Source: Candidatus Caldarchaeum subterraneum (GTDB lineage: Archaea; Thermoproteota; Nitrososphaeria_A; Caldarchaeales; Caldarchaeaceae). Taken from it: a stretch of DNA of 64,000 nt. How positions within the stretch are numbered: the first letter of the stretch is position 1; every line of letters starts with the position of its first letter. Location of the stretch: contig CALHAG010000002.1 of NCBI GenBank assembly GCA_937934305.1, forward strand, positions 13,263-77,262, written 5' to 3'. Made by a program: the position numbers and the translations under genes. The notes under the pieces are model-generated. The model was not told the origin of the DNA, ran no database searches, and saw nothing but the letters and a program-made list of their open reading frames with translations. Shown here one piece after another: positions 9,619-20,010 of the stretch.

Positions 9619-10476
9619 ATGCCCAGGCTGTTCTATGTTTTGCAGGGTGTTGGCGCGGGTTTTTTCTTCGGCACCGCATCTATCTTTGTCAGGTTTCTGA
9701 CAGGTGTTGACGCTTTCACGATTGTTGTTTTCCGTGTATTGGTGGCGGGGCTTCTTCTTTCGGTCTTGGCTGCTTTTTTCTTCCGGAGTGATGTTGTAAA
9801 GGCTTTTCGCAGCTTTCCCGGAGAGATACCGCTGCTCGGTCTTCTCCTGAGCTTTCACTTCATCTTTTTCGTGCTCGGTGTCCAAAACACCTCCGTCGTC
9901 AACGCAACCACTCTCGTCAACACTACGCCCGCGATGGCTCTTGCTATAGGCTGGGGCCTCGGCTGGACCAGGCCCTCAAACCTCAACGTTGTTGGACTGG
10001 TTCTCGCTGTAGCAGGCTCTGCTACCATGGCGTTGGGCGAATCGTCTGGAGCAGGTGGAGGGTTGCTTGGCAACGTCTACGCCGTGTTGGGGGCTTTTTT
10101 CTGGGCCCTCTATCTCGTTGTTGGGAAAAGGGTTAGGCAGGAGGTGAACATCTTCGCCGTCTTTGGCCCGCTTCTACTCTTCACATCTCTACCGGCCCTG
10201 GCGGCGGCTTACCTACTGGGCCAAGGCCTCTACCCGCCTAACTTGGAGCAGACGCTTTTCCTCCTCGCTCTCGCGCTTTTCCCCACTGTTCTCGGCCACG
10301 GACTACAGTTCTCCAGCTTGAGAGGACTTCACCCATATCAAGCGTCCTCGCTTGCTCTGTTGGAGCCGATTGTTGCGGCTCTTCTCGCCGCTGTTTTGCT
10401 TGCTGAGGTCGCGGGCCCGGTGACCTATCTTGGAGCAGCCGCGGTGATTTTGGGCATCTATCTCGTCATAAGGTAG
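9619..10476 (+). CDS. DMT-superfamily (EamA-like) transporter
   Basis: 285 aa, about 10 TM helices, two EamA-like halves. Confidence 0.75.
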   Translation: MPRLFYVLQGVGAGFFFGTASIFVRFLTGVDAFTIVVFRVLVAGLLLSVLAAFFFRSDVVKAFRSFPGEIPLLGLLLSFHFIFFVLGVQNTSVVNATTLVNTTPAMALAIGWGLGWTRPSNLNVVGLVLAVAGSATMALGESSGAGGGLLGNVYAVLGAFFWALYLVVGKRVRQEVNIFAVFGPLLLFTSLPALAAAYLLGQGLYPPNLEQTLFLLALALFPTVLGHGLQFSSLRGLHPYQASSLALLEPIVAALLAAVLLAEVAGPVTYLGAAAVILGIYLVIR

Positions 10477-11408
10477 TCGATGAGGAGTTTGGCTGTGGCG
10501 GCGTCTTGGACGGCGAGGCCCACGCTCTTGAAAACAGTTATCTCACGCTCATCTGTTCTCCCGGGCTTGAGTCCCGCGGCTATTTCCCCTATCTCTGCGT
10601 AGATGTCCTCGAACCTCATCAGCCCAAGCTCAATAGGCTTGAGGATGTCGCCAGCCTCCTCCCGCACCGCTTCACGCGAGTCAACCACGAGCTTCGAGTT
10701 TGCGACGAGCGCTGGCTCGATTTCAACCATCTCGGGTGTGTAGCCTCCTATGGCGGATATGTGTGTGCCTTCTTTCACCCAGCTCTTGAGCACTACCGGC
10801 TGCTTAGAGGTTGTTACTGTTATCACTACGTCGCTCCATCTCACAAGCTCCTCCGCAGTCGGCGACGGCTTAACATCATGACCCAGGCGACCCATCTCCG
10901 CCACAAACTCGTTTAAGCGCTTCGAGTCGATGTCATAGGCCTTGAAGATGGTGTATGGATAGTTTGCCGCGACAACTCGAAGCTGCCACCTCGCCTGATA
11001 ACCTGTGCCGATTATGCCGACTCTGGTGAAGTCACGGCGTGCGAGATGTTTGATGGAGACGGTTGTTGCGGCCGCTGTCCGTAGACCTGTGAGGGCCCTG
11101 GCCTCTGCGACGAGCCGAGGCAGCCCCGTCGAGGCGTCCAAGGCTATGACTGTGGCGTTAATTGTTGGGAGACTTTTTTCAAGGTTCCGGGGATAGACTG
11201 TCACCAGCTTGAGGCTGAAAATCCCCATATCGGGAACAAGGCACGGCATCATCAATATGTCTCCTCCATGCTCCCTGTTTTCGACGCGTGAGCGGACAGG
11301 CATCACAACGCGGCCTGTGCTGTAAAGGATGTAGGCACGCTCCACAGCCTCAACAACCTTCACAGGGTCAACCAAAGAAGCCACTTCATCATCAGTCAAA
11401 AACTTCAT
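10458..11408 (-). CDS. ornithine cyclodeaminase / mu-crystallin family protein (archaeal alanine dehydrogenase / ketimine reductase-like)
   Basis: MKFLTDDEVASLVDPVKVVEAVERAYILYSTGRVVMPVRSRV..., Rossmann GIIGTGYQARWQL. Start taken at the internal MKFLTDD rather than the tracked upstream M at 11465. Confidence 0.85.
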   Translation of the reverse strand: MKFLTDDEVASLVDPVKVVEAVERAYILYSTGRVVMPVRSRVENREHGGDILMMPCLVPDMGIFSLKLVTVYPRNLEKSLPTINATVIALDASTGLPRLVAEARALTGLRTAAATTVSIKHLARRDFTRVGIIGTGYQARWQLRVVAANYPYTIFKAYDIDSKRLNEFVAEMGRLGHDVKPSPTAEELVRWSDVVITVTTSKQPVVLKSWVKEGTHISAIGGYTPEMVEIEPALVANSKLVVDSREAVREEAGDILKPIELGLMRFEDIYAEIGEIAAGLKPGRTDEREITVFKSVGLAVQDAATAKLLIDYLMTR

Positions 11409-11478
11409 ACATGGAACGGGCAGCAGCGCACTTATATCCTTGTATATGCACCATCTATAAATCATCTCAATTGAACTT

Positions 11479-13752
11479 TTGAACGTGTCCGCCGGACGGG
11501 CTGCAACGTTTCTAATTTTCGCGCTACTGCTGACTATTTCCTCAGTTCACGGCGGTGTTGTAGAGGAGTTGGTGCAGCGTCCGCCGGCTGAAAAGAGCGA
11601 TTCCTCATCCATGGTTGGGGAAATGTTCGCCGAGCTGGGTTTCGACGGCTACATTCAGCGGAGATATTATCCGCTTCTTGATGTAAGCTTGGTTGACATA
11701 GGTGTTGACAGGCTTTTGAATGTCTCGGGCTTGAATGCGGCGGCTGTTGATGGCCGCGGTGTCTTGATAGCTGTTGTGGACACGGGGGTGGATTACCGTC
11801 ATCCAGCCTTCAGAACAGCTAATGGCACGAGGATTGTTGCTATCTGGGACCAGACGGTCGAGGGGAAGCCGCCGCAAGGCTTCGGATACGGCTACGAATG
11901 CGATAGACAAGAGATTTTATCAGGCACTTGTCCTCAGCGCGACACGGTGGGCCATGGAACGGTGGTGGCCTCGATTGCGGCTGGAGGAGTTTACGGCGAG
12001 TGGGTGCTGAGAGGTGTTGCCTCTGGCGCGGAACTGGTTGTGGTAAAGACCGGAGGCCCTGCGTGTGGTGGGACGCGGTGGTTCTTCGGCGAAACGGGGC
12101 TGCTTGACGGCATAGCCTATGCGGTTGATAAGGCAAAGCAACTGGGTAGAAGGCTTGTCGTCGTCCTGAGTCTCGGAACAGACATCGGTGCACATGACGG
12201 CAGCACACCCCTTGAAAAAGCGCTAGACAAATGGGCCGAGGAGGATGGAGTCGTCTTCGTCGTCGCAGCAGGAAACTCGGCCAACGACTCCCGACACGTC
12301 GAAGCAACACTCACGCAAGGCATCCAGCTCACACTACGGATGACTATTCCTGAGCAGACAACAGAGGCCGCCCTTTCCCTCGTAACCCACTCCGGAAACG
12401 TTATGGAGCTAGCTCTTACATCACCGTCGCTGAACAGGGTGGAGCTGCCGCTAAACGGCTCCAAAACCTTCAGAGAAATCACGCTCGAAACAAGCACACA
12501 GAGAACAGGGCCTCTTCAGGAAATCGCCATCAGCATCAAAGCCAATCCTCTCGAGACAGGTGTTTGGAGGCTTTCTATAACACCGCGCCAAGTATTCGAC
12601 GGGAAAATGCATGCATGGCTCGAGTCAGACACATGTAGCCAAGAGTCGGAAGCCTTCCTCCCCTCAGAGGACTATGACATCACATCATCCTTCACGGTAA
12701 CTATTCCGGGCACAGCCAAGAAGGTCTTGACAGTCGGGGCCTATAACACTAGAAGAACTTGGACAGCGGGAGGACAGACATGGAGCGTGGGAGGCACAGT
12801 CGGAGACATCGAGTTCTACAGCGGACGCGGCCCCACCACAGACGGCAGAACCAAACCCGACATCACCGCACCCGGAGGCGTAGTGTTCGCAGCCCGTTCA
12901 AGAGATGCATCACGTCAAGCATTCAGCCCCAGCGAAGACACAGCGGTGAGCAGAGGCACCAGCATGGCCGCACCACATGCAGCTGGCGTGGCTGCGCTCA
13001 TCCTCCAACTCGCCCCAACCCTATCACCAGAAGAAGTTTTCGAAATTATCAGAAACACTGCGAGACGGGATAGCTACACAGGTGACACGGTGTCGAACAC
13101 ATGGGGGCATGGCAAGCTAAACGCAGACATAGCCTATGTACTTCTAGCCGAGGTGGATGGCCCGGTTGCAGAAGCTCGGCCGACGATTCTACTCGACAAC
13201 AAGGCAGTCGCCAACATCTCTACACCGAGCGTAACCAGCCTAGTGCTCTTGAGAAACAGACAAGCCAACATCTCTCTCCAGCTCCCCTCAACACCATACA
13301 CCCGATACACCACCACCCCCAGCCACTTCATCGTAAACGGTACACATGAGAAAGCACGTTTCATTCTCGATGCATATCATAGGGTTGATGTTCTATATCC
13401 CAACGGAACGATGATTGACACAGCCTGGGCACGGGAAGGAGACACACTGGACATCAACTCACTGCTAGGAGCCAAAGGGTTGAAACTTAGTTTGAGAGGC
13501 TATGTCGACGAGAAAGGTGTAGAACATAGCGGCACAACACTTCGCGTCACTGCTCCAACACGAATAACACTCATTCTAGAGGAGCCGAACATTCTCACGC
13601 CTGTGCTGGGAGCGCTCACCGCCTTAGTGCTGCTGGTTCTGCTGTCAACCGCTGTGATGCGGCTCAGACGCTACAGAAACTCTGGAACAAGGCCCTCGTC
13701 CACAACACACCTGCCTTCATCGTCCACGGAGCTTATCACGAAAAGCGGATGA
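11479..13752 (+). CDS. S8 subtilisin-like serine protease, secreted with C-terminal TM anchor
   Basis: Signal peptide. Asp box AVVDTGVDYRHPAF, His box DTVGHGTVVASIAAG, Ser box GTSMAAPHAAGVAALI. C-terminal LGALTALVLLVLLSTAV anchor. Confidence 0.9.
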   Translation: MNVSAGRAATFLIFALLLTISSVHGGVVEELVQRPPAEKSDSSSMVGEMFAELGFDGYIQRRYYPLLDVSLVDIGVDRLLNVSGLNAAAVDGRGVLIAVVDTGVDYRHPAFRTANGTRIVAIWDQTVEGKPPQGFGYGYECDRQEILSGTCPQRDTVGHGTVVASIAAGGVYGEWVLRGVASGAELVVVKTGGPACGGTRWFFGETGLLDGIAYAVDKAKQLGRRLVVVLSLGTDIGAHDGSTPLEKALDKWAEEDGVVFVVAAGNSANDSRHVEATLTQGIQLTLRMTIPEQTTEAALSLVTHSGNVMELALTSPSLNRVELPLNGSKTFREITLETSTQRTGPLQEIAISIKANPLETGVWRLSITPRQVFDGKMHAWLESDTCSQESEAFLPSEDYDITSSFTVTIPGTAKKVLTVGAYNTRRTWTAGGQTWSVGGTVGDIEFYSGRGPTTDGRTKPDITAPGGVVFAARSRDASRQAFSPSEDTAVSRGTSMAAPHAAGVAALILQLAPTLSPEEVFEIIRNTARRDSYTGDTVSNTWGHGKLNADIAYVLLAEVDGPVAEARPTILLDNKAVANISTPSVTSLVLLRNRQANISLQLPSTPYTRYTTTPSHFIVNGTHEKARFILDAYHRVDVLYPNGTMIDTAWAREGDTLDINSLLGAKGLKLSLRGYVDEKGVEHSGTTLRVTAPTRITLILEEPNILTPVLGALTALVLLVLLSTAVMRLRRYRNSGTRPSSTTHLPSSSTELITKSG

Positions 13753-14306
13753 TACCTATCACGTGGAATCATATCAGGTCTGGGATGCCCTGCAAACGCC
13801 AAGTCGATTATGACATAGCATGCCGTGACATGGACTCCGCATTCATTTAGAAGGGCGGCGGCCGTGTTTATCGTCGAAGAGGTCCGTCTCACATCGTCTA
13901 TGAGAAACACGTTGCGAAACCGGGATGCAACCGCCTTGTCCAAGTGAAGCGTCACGGGTTTACTTTCCGTGACTGAGAAACCTTCCGCCGCAACCGGCTG
14001 CTGAAAAATTAGTTTTCTCGCCTTGTGAATTGAGAAGTACGGTTTCCCAAGCTCGTTGGCCAAAGCCAAGCCATATTTGGCGCCCGAAGTCTCAACAGAG
14101 GCCACAGCATCCGCATCATACCCCATCTTCTCAGCATGCATTTTGACAAGCTTGGCAATCGCCCGGAAAACCATAGGCTCATGCACAACATTCAGCCAAA
14201 AAATCCTAAGTATCCTCTTGCCCTCCACTGGAACTATCTTTACATGGGCCCCTGTCCTAAGACCATTTAACAGCTTATGGAGAACATTGACAAAGTCGCT
14301 CTCCAC
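13671..14306 (-). CDS. phosphoribosyltransferase family protein (purine/pyrimidine PRTase or GfcR-like)
   Basis: PRPP-binding motif VFLIDDVRRTSSTINTA. Convergent 82-nt overlap with the protease 3' end. Confidence 0.65.
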   Translation of the reverse strand: MESDFVNVLHKLLNGLRTGAHVKIVPVEGKRILRIFWLNVVHEPMVFRAIAKLVKMHAEKMGYDADAVASVETSGAKYGLALANELGKPYFSIHKARKLIFQQPVAAEGFSVTESKPVTLHLDKAVASRFRNVFLIDDVRRTSSTINTAAALLNECGVHVTACYVIIDLAFAGHPRPDMIPRDRYHPLFVISSVDDEGRCVVDEGLVPEFL

Positions 14307-14327
14307 AAAACGTATTCAATTTGGCTC

Positions 14328-15449
14328 CTAATATATGGTGCGGGTCTTTGCGGCGGCTGGTGCCCACTGAAACAAGAGAGCAGCGATGAAAGGCATGAAA
14401 GCTAGGCTGAGCAGAACACTCTGGTATCCATAGACATCGACGGCGACGCCGACGAAGGGTACAATTAAGTGGCCTAATCCGAAGGTCAGCCCATACATCA
14501 GGGCCGAGGCTGCTCCTAGGTTTTGGGGTAAAAGGTCATGGGAGTATGCGACCAGTATGGGGTGGACGGCGAATATGAGGAACCCTAGGACACCGTATGA
14601 GAGATATGATAGCTGCGGGGGAGTAAGGACGGCGACGGGTATCCAGAGACCGGTCAGCAACAGAAACATTGAAACCGCTCTTCTCTTACCAATTTTCTCG
14701 GCAACATATCCGGCTGACAACATACCGCCAGCACCCGCGAGTATCATGACCGTCAACACCGTTCCAGCAATAGAGAAACTTAGACCACGCTCCGTGAGAT
14801 AGAGAGGGAGAAAAGTGACGAATGATAACGCGGCCACTGCGCGGAAAATAGCTGTGGCTAACGCGAAGCCGAGCTTCTTTACATCCGGCCTAACAGAGTT
14901 TTGAACATGTGCTTCAAGAGGTTGCCTCACCCCTACCAAGAGCATGCTTGCTGCCAAAGCGGGTAGTAAAATGAGGAGCCAAGTGCCTCGAACCCCCATG
15001 ACGGCGTAAGCTGTTGTAGCGTGGAAGGAGCCGACCGCCAACCCGACGTCCCCACCCGACATGAAGAAGGATACCGACGAAGCCCTTTTCTCTGAAACTG
15101 AGGCCAAGGAGGTTGCCGGAGGATGGAACAAGGCTGAACCGACTCCGCCGAGAAACCCGAGCAACAACATCAAGGAATAGCTTTCAACAAACCCGATGGC
15201 TGAGACCGCGACACCTCCCAAAAAAAGTCCGAGAGGCATCAAGATGGTTTTAGGCTTCCTGTCAAAGAAAAGCCCCACCGCTATTTGGAGGAATGATGCT
15301 GTCATCAAGTAGACAGTAGGAATCAAAGCTAGTGTGGCTGCAGATGATGTCTGCTGCGCCGCCAGTAGCGGAAGCAACGGAGGTAAGCTTGTGTAGAGAG
15401 TGTCGTTAGCTAAATGGCCGAAGAAAAGCAGCGGTAACCTTTTTGTCAT
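14328..15449 (-). CDS. MFS transporter
   Basis: 373 aa, 12-TM profile. Confidence 0.8.
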   Translation of the reverse strand: MTKRLPLLFFGHLANDTLYTSLPPLLPLLAAQQTSSAATLALIPTVYLMTASFLQIAVGLFFDRKPKTILMPLGLFLGGVAVSAIGFVESYSLMLLLGFLGGVGSALFHPPATSLASVSEKRASSVSFFMSGGDVGLAVGSFHATTAYAVMGVRGTWLLILLPALAASMLLVGVRQPLEAHVQNSVRPDVKKLGFALATAIFRAVAALSFVTFLPLYLTERGLSFSIAGTVLTVMILAGAGGMLSAGYVAEKIGKRRAVSMFLLLTGLWIPVAVLTPPQLSYLSYGVLGFLIFAVHPILVAYSHDLLPQNLGAASALMYGLTFGLGHLIVPFVGVAVDVYGYQSVLLSLAFMPFIAALLFQWAPAAAKTRTIY

Positions 15450-15518
15450 TTTTCCCGAGGTTTTTGAATAATCTGGGTTTTAGAGATTTCCATCCCCGAC
15501 AACCCTAAAACAAGGGCG

Positions 15519-16661
15519 TTGGTACTCTGCTATGTGAAAGAGGTTCTAGACCTGCCATCCCTTTTTCCGCTGAGCTACTGGGAGAAGATGAGTGACTCAG
15601 GCCTGTTTCCCGAGGAGTTTTGGCGAGAGTGTGGAAGACGTCGATTGCCCGGTTTCCTTATTCCAGCAACCTATGGTGGATTGGGTAAAACTGTCGGCGA
15701 CCTCGTCGAGGCCGTGATTTACCTCACTATGTATGGCTGCGGAACAGCTGTTTACCCACTTCTCAGCAACAACATGTCCTCGCTCGTGATAAACAAGTCA
15801 GGAACCGAGAAACAGCGACAAAAATTTCTCCCACGCCTCGCCATAGGCGAATACATCATGGGTCTCTCGATAACGGAGAGGGAGTCGGGCTCGGATGTGC
15901 TCTCGATAAAGACAACCGCGGTCAAACAGGGTGGAAAATATGTGATAAATGGTGAGAAGATGTATGTCAACAACTTTGACAGAGCTACTCACATGCTTCT
16001 CGCCGCTAGAACCACACCTGTTGAGCGTGCTGCGAAGAAGAGCCTGGGGCTTACGTTGTTTGTTCTCGACATGAAGAGCGCTGGGCTTAGCTTCTCGGAG
16101 CTCCCGAAGATGGGCACCAACTATTTCAGGACAGGTGTGATGAGGCTTGAAAATGTGGAGGTTGATGAAGAGGATGTTGTGGGGGAGCTGGACAATGGAT
16201 GGAAAGCTCTTGCACACGCCCTTAACCCGGACCGCATAGTTTACGCAGCTGTCGCCGTTGGCTCAGCGCTCTTCGCCATCAAAACAGCCACCTCATACGC
16301 CCAAGAGCGCAAAGTCTTCGGAAAACCGATAGGAGCTTATCAGGGCATACAGTTCCCACTCGCATCTCTCTACACAGAAACAGAGGCTGCAAGGCTTCTT
16401 ACACTAGACGCGGCTGCGAAATTTGACAGAGGTGAGGATGCGAGCGTGGCCGCGTGCTTGGCAAAGTACTTCGCCTCTGAGGTGGTGTTTAAGGCTGTTG
16501 GGCAGGCTGTTCAGGTTCTCGGCGGATACGGCTACCTTAGGGAGTCGGGGCTGGAGCGTGTGCTTAGAGACATCTACTTGCTCAGGTCAGGGCCGATTAC
16601 GCAGGAGCTGGCCCTCGCATTCATAGCAGAGAAAGGCCTCGGCTTGCCGCGGTCCTACTAA
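15519..16661 (+). CDS. acyl-CoA dehydrogenase family protein
   Basis: 380 aa, LTMYGCGTAVYPLLSNN, ERESGSDVLSIKTTA, C-terminal YQGIQFPLA...GGYGY motifs. Confidence 0.85.
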   Translation: MVLCYVKEVLDLPSLFPLSYWEKMSDSGLFPEEFWRECGRRRLPGFLIPATYGGLGKTVGDLVEAVIYLTMYGCGTAVYPLLSNNMSSLVINKSGTEKQRQKFLPRLAIGEYIMGLSITERESGSDVLSIKTTAVKQGGKYVINGEKMYVNNFDRATHMLLAARTTPVERAAKKSLGLTLFVLDMKSAGLSFSELPKMGTNYFRTGVMRLENVEVDEEDVVGELDNGWKALAHALNPDRIVYAAVAVGSALFAIKTATSYAQERKVFGKPIGAYQGIQFPLASLYTETEAARLLTLDAAAKFDRGEDASVAACLAKYFASEVVFKAVGQAVQVLGGYGYLRESGLERVLRDIYLLRSGPITQELALAFIAEKGLGLPRSY

Positions 16662-17635
16662 AGCTCCACAACCCGGCCCACATCCATCTTCTCAGCCATG
16701 CGCAAGACACGCGAAGTGAAGTAGAGGTCGAGAGCCGCAAACCCAACGGATTTGAGCAAAGATACATGAACGTTACGGGGCCTTGTCAAATTTTGTTTAA
16801 CAACTTCATGCAGCTCAAGAACCTTCGCCGGGTCCACGATGCCCTTCTCCACAGCCGCCATGATGTCACCCGCTTCCCTTAGCACGGATTTCTTGAGGTC
16901 GGCTGCTATCAACTCTGCGCGTCGAAAAGTCTCAAGGTCAAGTTCTCTACGCGTAGGAAGAGCACCTATGCTCGTCACATGCACGTTTTCCGCAAGCCAC
17001 TCACCCGATAAAACCGGTTCAGCCGAGTTCGTAGCCGTTAACACTACGTCAGCGTTTTCCACGGCTTCACGTGGGCTGTCAACAGCTTTTGCATCTATTC
17101 CAAGCGTTTTCGAAGCTTTTTCTGCAAGCTTCTCTCTGTTGGCCTTTGTTGGGCTGTAGATTTTGACACGCTCGATGTTGCGTACGGTGTGGAGGGCGGT
17201 TAACTGTGTCCAAGCTGTTCTCCCGCTTCCAATCAAAGCCGCGGACCTGCTGTCGACTGGCGCGAGATATTTTGCACCCACCCCACCAATAGCCCCTGTT
17301 CTCAGCGAAGTGAGTGCCACAGCGTCCAAAACACCTTTAAGCACGCCTGTTTCTATGTCGAAGAACAGCACAACACCATGAGCCGCCTCCATGCCGTGTA
17401 GAACAGGGTTTTTCCTGTACTCGTTTATCAGCTTCACCGCGTATCCTCCGACGTGGAGGCTCGCGGCCGGCATGTTGAGGTAGACAGCTTCACGCTCCTC
17501 AATCGCTGTAACCATCCGCGGCGGAGCAACATACTTCTCATCACCATAATCCCTGAAAAAATCTTCAACGATTTCCACAGAGGTTTTCATGTCAAGCCAG
17601 TTCTCGAGCTCGCTTCGAGAAATTACTCTGACCAA
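16658..17635 (-). CDS. ornithine cyclodeaminase / mu-crystallin family protein (second paralog)
   Basis: 325 aa, ...LHVGGYAVKLINEYRKNP, ALIGSGRTAWTQL Rossmann. About 35-40% similar to the 10458..11408 copy by eye. Confidence 0.85.
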   Translation of the reverse strand: MVRVISRSELENWLDMKTSVEIVEDFFRDYGDEKYVAPPRMVTAIEEREAVYLNMPAASLHVGGYAVKLINEYRKNPVLHGMEAAHGVVLFFDIETGVLKGVLDAVALTSLRTGAIGGVGAKYLAPVDSRSAALIGSGRTAWTQLTALHTVRNIERVKIYSPTKANREKLAEKASKTLGIDAKAVDSPREAVENADVVLTATNSAEPVLSGEWLAENVHVTSIGALPTRRELDLETFRRAELIAADLKKSVLREAGDIMAAVEKGIVDPAKVLELHEVVKQNLTRPRNVHVSLLKSVGFAALDLYFTSRVLRMAEKMDVGRVVEL

Positions 17636-17637
17636 TT

Positions 17638-18909
17638 TTATTCAGCCCGTTTATCGATGACGCGTTTGGCTTTGCCTACCTCTTGACGAGGTAGTGAGAG
17701 TGGTTCTGCGAGCTCCACCTGCACGCTTGTCAGCAGCGTCTCATGTAGTTCGCTCTCCAACTTGTTGCGGAGGGCTTCAGCCTCATCACCCTTCAATTCA
17801 TGGGCCAGCTCGGCGACGACTTTCATTTTATCAAGACCCTTCTCCCTCCAGATAATTATCTGATATTCGGGGCCGAGTTCACGGTGTCTGAGCAGCACTG
17901 CCTCGACGGCGCTGGGCCATACAGCAACCCCTGAAACCTTTATCATGTCATCAACCCTGCCCCTTATGTATCCAAGCCTGAGATGCGTTCTTCCACAGTC
18001 ACATGAACGAGCGTCGTAAATGTATGAGATGTCTCTGCAACGGTATCGCAGCAGCGGCGCAGCCTCCTTCGTCAAAGTAGTGAACACGAGCTCGCCTTTT
18101 TCCTCGGGGCCAACGGGTTCACCGGTCTTGGGGTCGATGACTTCTACGAGGAAATGGTCCTCCCAGAGATGCAGCCCATCGTGGAGAAAGCAGTCGTTCG
18201 CTACACCTGGTCCACAAAGCTCGGTGAACCCGTAGATATCGTACACATCCATGTTCCATTTCTCGGCGACCCATTTCTTCATCTCTGAAGTCCACATCTC
18301 CGAGCCGAAAACACCCTTCCTAACCAATGTATCCCTCGCCGGGTCCACACCCATCTCCAAAGCCGTCTCAGTCAACCTAAGAATGTATGAAACAACCGCG
18401 CAGACCATCGTGGTTCCAAAGTCAAGCATGTACTGGATTTGGCGGCGGCTGAAGCCTGCGCCTGTAGGGACAATCATGGCGCCTATCCTGCGTGCGCCGT
18501 AGTAGAACCCGAACCCGCCGGTAAACATTCCAAAGCTGGGTGTAATCTGGAAAACATCTTCCTTAGTAAGCCCGGACATGGCTAGGCTGCGGGCCGAGAC
18601 CTCAGCCCAGACCTCTATGTCGTTTTTTGTGTAGAACCCGAGAGTCGGCACACCTGTTGTCCCCGAGGTGGCGTGAACCTCGAGAACCTCGCTCCGCGGC
18701 ACCGCGAGAGTTCCGTATGGATAAAGTGAACGTAGCTCGTCTTTGGTTGTGAAAGGCAGCTTCACCAAGTCATCCACTGATTTAACGTCGTCTGGGCTGA
18801 CCTTAGCCTCATCAAGTTTCCTCCGGTAAAAGGGGTTGTTTCTGTAAGCGTGGCGAACAGTCCACCGGAGCATTTTATCACGGTTCTCCTCGATATCTTT
18901 CCTGCTCAT
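17638..18909 (-). CDS. phenylacetate-CoA ligase family adenylate-forming enzyme (PaaK / coenzyme F390 synthetase-like)
   Basis: HATSGTTGVPT (AMP-binding motif), FGMFTGGFGFYYGARRIGAMIVPTGAG, YGFTE. Start taken at MSRKDIEE, internal to the tracked ORF. Confidence 0.85.
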   Translation of the reverse strand: MSRKDIEENRDKMLRWTVRHAYRNNPFYRRKLDEAKVSPDDVKSVDDLVKLPFTTKDELRSLYPYGTLAVPRSEVLEVHATSGTTGVPTLGFYTKNDIEVWAEVSARSLAMSGLTKEDVFQITPSFGMFTGGFGFYYGARRIGAMIVPTGAGFSRRQIQYMLDFGTTMVCAVVSYILRLTETALEMGVDPARDTLVRKGVFGSEMWTSEMKKWVAEKWNMDVYDIYGFTELCGPGVANDCFLHDGLHLWEDHFLVEVIDPKTGEPVGPEEKGELVFTTLTKEAAPLLRYRCRDISYIYDARSCDCGRTHLRLGYIRGRVDDMIKVSGVAVWPSAVEAVLLRHRELGPEYQIIIWREKGLDKMKVVAELAHELKGDEAEALRNKLESELHETLLTSVQVELAEPLSLPRQEVGKAKRVIDKRAE

Positions 18910-19043
18910 AGTTTCAGCGGGCTTGTTGAAGAAGCGGGCTGAATTCACATCAAGGCTGAGGAGCCGCCGTTCTAAAAAATGTTTACAACACAACAAAACA
19001 CAAACCAAAGCTATAATACTACGCAGCAAACCAGATATCCGTT

Positions 19044-20009
19044 ATGAAGCTGGTTACTTTCCAACATCCCCATCGTCGCGAACCACGTCTCGGCATTGTG
19101 TACGGCGAATACGTGATTGACGGAAACATGGCCTACACCGTGTTGTTAAGTGAGGAGGGCGAAGAGGACCCGGATGTTTTGGCAAATGCTCTTCTGCCAT
19201 CGAACATGATTTCTTTCCTGCGTAGAGGCCGGAGAGCTTTTGAGGCCGCTGAGAGAGTTTTGTTCAAGGCAAGGTCCTTCATCAACATGTCCTATGGAGA
19301 AGGCCTTGTGTATGAGCTTAGCAAAGTACACCTATATGCACCCATACCGCGGCCGGGCAAAATTATACACACCGCAGGAAACTTCCGCGAACACGCGAAA
19401 GAAGCTGAGAAAGCAAAGTGGGAGTTTCCGATTCCTCAGTGGATATCTTTCCTGAAGAGTCCCACAGCCGTCATAGGGCCATACGACAACATAGTGTATC
19501 CCAAGTACACCAAGGAGCTCGACTACGAGCTCGAGATGGCGATTGTGATTGGGAAGCGTGGCAAATATATCACGAAGGAGAGGGCGTTCGACTATGTAGC
19601 CGGATTCATGGTGTTTAACGACATAACCGCGCGTGATATTCAGCGGCAGGAGATGAAGAATGGGTTGCTGAACTTCGGAAAAAACCTTGACACATTTGCT
19701 CCACTAGGCCCCTATCTCGTGACAAAGGACGAGGTAAGCAACCCCCATAACCTGAAGATGGAGCTGCGGGTTAACGGCGAGGTGCGGCAGTCGGGGAACA
19801 CCAACAGGCTCTCGGTCACGCTGCAGGAGATTATCGAGCATTATTCATGGGTAATGCTTGAACCAGGCGACATCATCACCACGGGAACAATATCCGGAGT
19901 GGCCGCATTCAGAGAAAACCCGGAGAAATATTATCTCAAGCCAGGTGACTTGGTCGAGTCTGAGATTGAGAGCCTCGGCGTGATGCGTAATCCTGTCGTG
20001 GCTGAGTAA
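19044..20009 (+). CDS. fumarylacetoacetate hydrolase (FAH) family protein
   Basis: 321 aa, KIIHTAGNFREH, LDYELEMAIVIGKRG, MVFNDITARDIQ motifs. Confidence 0.85.
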   Translation: MKLVTFQHPHRREPRLGIVYGEYVIDGNMAYTVLLSEEGEEDPDVLANALLPSNMISFLRRGRRAFEAAERVLFKARSFINMSYGEGLVYELSKVHLYAPIPRPGKIIHTAGNFREHAKEAEKAKWEFPIPQWISFLKSPTAVIGPYDNIVYPKYTKELDYELEMAIVIGKRGKYITKERAFDYVAGFMVFNDITARDIQRQEMKNGLLNFGKNLDTFAPLGPYLVTKDEVSNPHNLKMELRVNGEVRQSGNTNRLSVTLQEIIEHYSWVMLEPGDIITTGTISGVAAFRENPEKYYLKPGDLVESEIESLGVMRNPVVAE

Positions 20010-20010
20010 A

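Noticed and set aside
11840-13364. Several 80-160-aa ORFs (both strands) inside the subtilisin gene, Arg/Pro/Ser-rich
   Set aside because: High-GC, T-poor artefacts. The protease frame carries the canonical D/H/S catalytic motifs.
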